Positions 61,124 through 64,000 of a DNA stretch of 64,000 bases are shown piece after piece; position 1 is the stretch's first letter, and every line of letters begins with the position of its first letter. Location: the NCBI GenBank assembly GCA_010093815.1, contig ML996570.1. One strand, written 5' to 3'. The position numbers were made by a program, and so were the translations under genes. The notes below the pieces were generated by a model. That model was not told the DNA's origin. It searched no databases and was given only the letters and a program-made list of their open reading frames with translations. The DNA comes from Pseudovirgaria hyperparasitica. Its lineage: Eukaryota.

Positions 61124-63655
61124 AATCTATCGCTGGGTTGTTTCTTTTAATGCCTTACAAGCCGACTTCCCGACGAAGACGGATGGAATACACCAGATAT
61201 AATTCGCACACCTTTCGCACTCACACAAGGCACGATAACGACAGCTATAATAAAAGTAAAAGGGGGGAGGGAGGTGAGCCGATGATGGGACATGGGACAT
61301 TGTGGCACTAGGATGATATTTCAGGCTACTCTTTTGAGCTAAGCACAGTTTGAGAGCTTGGATCCAGGTAGCCGGAATGGTACGGCTGGAGCAGAGGTGG
61401 TACCTAGACTTGAACTGGGGGCATTGGATCTAGTGACAGAGCTTTGATGTGTGGAATTGGGATCGGTGACGTGAGAATGCGTCCTACACAGGGAGAAGGA
61501 CTATGGAGCTTTTTTTTGTTAAATTCTGCAATTGGTTATCGATACCCCCAGGTTTAGTTGCGAGATATAGGCATATTACATACAGCAGGTCCGGAGCTTG
61601 CGGAACAAGCTCAGAGTAGGATCAGATAATTAGCATTGTAATTACTAATAAGACATAAGTCTATTTGGTAGCATTTGCATTTTCACGTGAGAGAGATTTT
61701 GGACTCCAAAGAAGGTAACATTTACGATCTAAATCCTCAACGACTCAATCAGGCCCAACGGTAGTAGCGCCCGTCATGTTAGTCTAGTCTGCTGGACTGA
61801 CATCGGTCAGCACCACGGCAAGGGCTCGGCCCAGCATCAGGTTTACAGTAAGGCGATCTGATCTGGGGACGTGAGGGTGTGGGCGGTTCATTGCAAGGAG
61901 CTAGAGCAAGAAGTCAAAGCAAGAAAGGAGACGTCAAGCGAACGACAAGCCAGTCACGATGCTTGTTTTGGGACATCAGATGTGTTGACGTTCCCAGGAG
62001 AGTAAGCTGAAAATGGGGCTAATCCCAAACCGGGTAGACGGCAGCCGCAGCCGCAGGTTGATCTAAGGCCAGGACCGAGAGAGGCGAGCGGCGTGTTTCA
62101 TCTTTCATTTCCAATCCATTCTCTCATCTCGTTCCTCTCTCTCTCTCCACTATCTCTCTCCACACGTTTTCCCGCCTTGCCGTCATCGCTGCACAAACAC
62201 GTTTGTCTTTCTAGGTCTTGTGTCACTAATTTCTCCAGGGCTCTGCAGCGTCTCATTTGCTCATGGTGCGAACTTGGCCCCCCTGCACGGTTCGGCCTCT
62301 TGTCCGCATCTTACTTCTTCATGACTGACGGATGCTGTCACAAGTGCGAACCCCCATCACAACCCACTTTCCGAGCGTCGCATCACATTCCGCCATCCGA
62401 GCTTCGCATTACATTGACTGCACATGGAATGCTCTGTATGGACAGCAGGCGTCAAGTCGTTGTCTGCCCTGAGTCAGTCAGTGTAGAGTCTTGTCGACGG
62501 ATGTGCGATCCGCGGTAAACAGGCGGCCCTTCCCGCTCTCGAATGCTCGATTCAATGTATAGTATTAGTCTCTGTCTACAACAACCCACGTACATACTGG
62601 CTCTAGCAGCTGAGTGGAGGGCCTAGTCAGCAGTCGCTTGACTCAGGCACGGGTCTACAGCACAGAGCTCCAGATTCGCTGTCAGTTCGTTCTTTGGCGT
62701 TGGACAGGACGCCGAGATTGATCTATTACCGCTCTAGCTTACACATGTCGGTGGCCTCGACAGCACCACTAATACAGTCATGTAGGATTTGACAGCCTGC
62801 GACAGCTCACGTACGGCGTGGTGCCGTGTTGATAGACAGACACTTGGCCAACTGGACGCCCCGGACGCTATTCCCGAAGCCTAGGCGTTGTCCACCGCAC
62901 AGATGCATCATCCTGCGGCGGCTGTCACCTTTCCATGGCGGCATTGTGGATGGCATATCAAGGAGCCGGTGAGTGCCGGTGTCACGATTGGAACGTTCTC
63001 GGCATCTGCCATATACCGCACTGCTTTGTGGGCACGAGCCTCATTGACAAGATCGAAGAGAGTGATTCGGCGTGTTGGGAGTAGCACTTGACACTAGAGG
63101 ACATGATTCAACGCATGCTGGCAACGGGTCGAGTAGACTTTTCTAGAGCAGGAGCTAACGGATATCTAGAGTGATGGCATCGTGGTGTGGGCACATGGCC
63201 GATTGCGACGTCAATGGGCAGTAGGGCGATGCATGGGACGACACTGCATTGGCGTTGCAGGAAGCCAGTATGTATTCTGCAGTTTTGCCACGCGTCTGTC
63301 TCGAACAGGCAACGCAGGTCTAACAGAAAGGACGTTTTCTGCAGTTGCCAAGCGATGAGGATAGCAAAGCATGGACACGCCACTCTACCAGGCCTGATCA
63401 GTTGCCGGGCACGAGGGCACACACGATTGGCCGTTGTAGACCAGAAAGATGCAGTCGGATGGCGAAGCAAGATTTGCGTAGCGGAAGCTTTTACTACGGT
63501 GGTGGAAAGCGAAGCGGCACACCAATGTTCAGTGCTCACCTCACTGCTCGGTGGCCTCGGCCGAGGATGGAGAATGGGAAGGGACACGATAAGGTATTTG
63601 AAGATGGTAGGGGCGAGAATGTGCGGCGTAATGAGGTGTAGCAGACAGGTGAGAT

Positions 63656-63801
63656 GCCATGAAGCCGTGAAGCCATGAAGCCATGAAGCCATGAAGCCAT
63701 CCATGATGAAGCCATGAAGCCATGAAGCCATGAAGCCATGATAGCATGATATCATGATAGCATGATAGCATGATGCCATAAAGCCCTGATGCCATGATGA
63801 A
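63656..63801. repeat. Compound 8-bp minisatellite (GCCATGAA)n grading into (GCATGATA)n
   Basis: About 9 GCCATGAA-type units, then ~5 GCATGATA-type units, then degenerate copies. Confidence 0.92.
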
Positions 63802-64000
63802 CAATGGCAATCACAGCAGGCAAGCAGCAAGTGCACGCGAGAGTATCTAAGCAGAATAGCTGGGCTAGCTAGTCACAGTAGTGCATCATGGTAGGGCGTT
63901 GGCGTGCGTACGTGCATGAGGGACGATGCATCGAACCTTTTTGCAAAGACGAATCGGCCGCTAATTAAAGCGCCAGAAGCTGCAGGTGTGTTTTATGTAT

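Noticed and set aside
63108..63836. 242-aa ORF with MASWLHGF repeats that resembles a repeat-peptide precursor
   Set aside because: It arises from an 8-bp (non-triplet) minisatellite, the same peptide appears in all three frames, and there are no Kex2 sites.

Overview
This is eukaryotic DNA from a filamentous ascomycete (short 45-60 nt GT-AG introns with CTRAC branch points; Dothideomycete-like proteins, which is an inference). Supported genes, in order: catalase, HET-domain gene, RFA3, a YML020W-like serine hydrolase, SPB1 (with a GC-AG intron), CCDC47/DUF1682, a five-exon COX7, a mitochondrial PPR-like protein, phospholipase D, cyanase, a small unknown gene, a C2H2 zinc-finger protein, a GT31 glycosyltransferase, a stand-alone A-T-C NRPS-like gene, an alpha/beta-hydrolase pseudogene, PFA5, a steryl-ester lipase, PET191, two related small Cys-rich zinc-finger genes and a TALE homeobox gene with a ~8 kb gene-poor upstream region. 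The main finding is missing from the ORF track: a two-exon minus-strand gene (23806..23342) for a 91-aa protein ending in a CAAX box (GGPVGGNHNSCVVM). It sits beside PLD and cyanase, the neighbourhood known for a-class lipopeptide pheromone genes, so it is a candidate a-factor-like pheromone precursor. Second, a ~0.9 kb ORF-less minus-strand region (35120..34249) shows nested long-range helices and is a candidate unannotated structured RNA. Exon boundaries were assembled by eye and no database searches were run.
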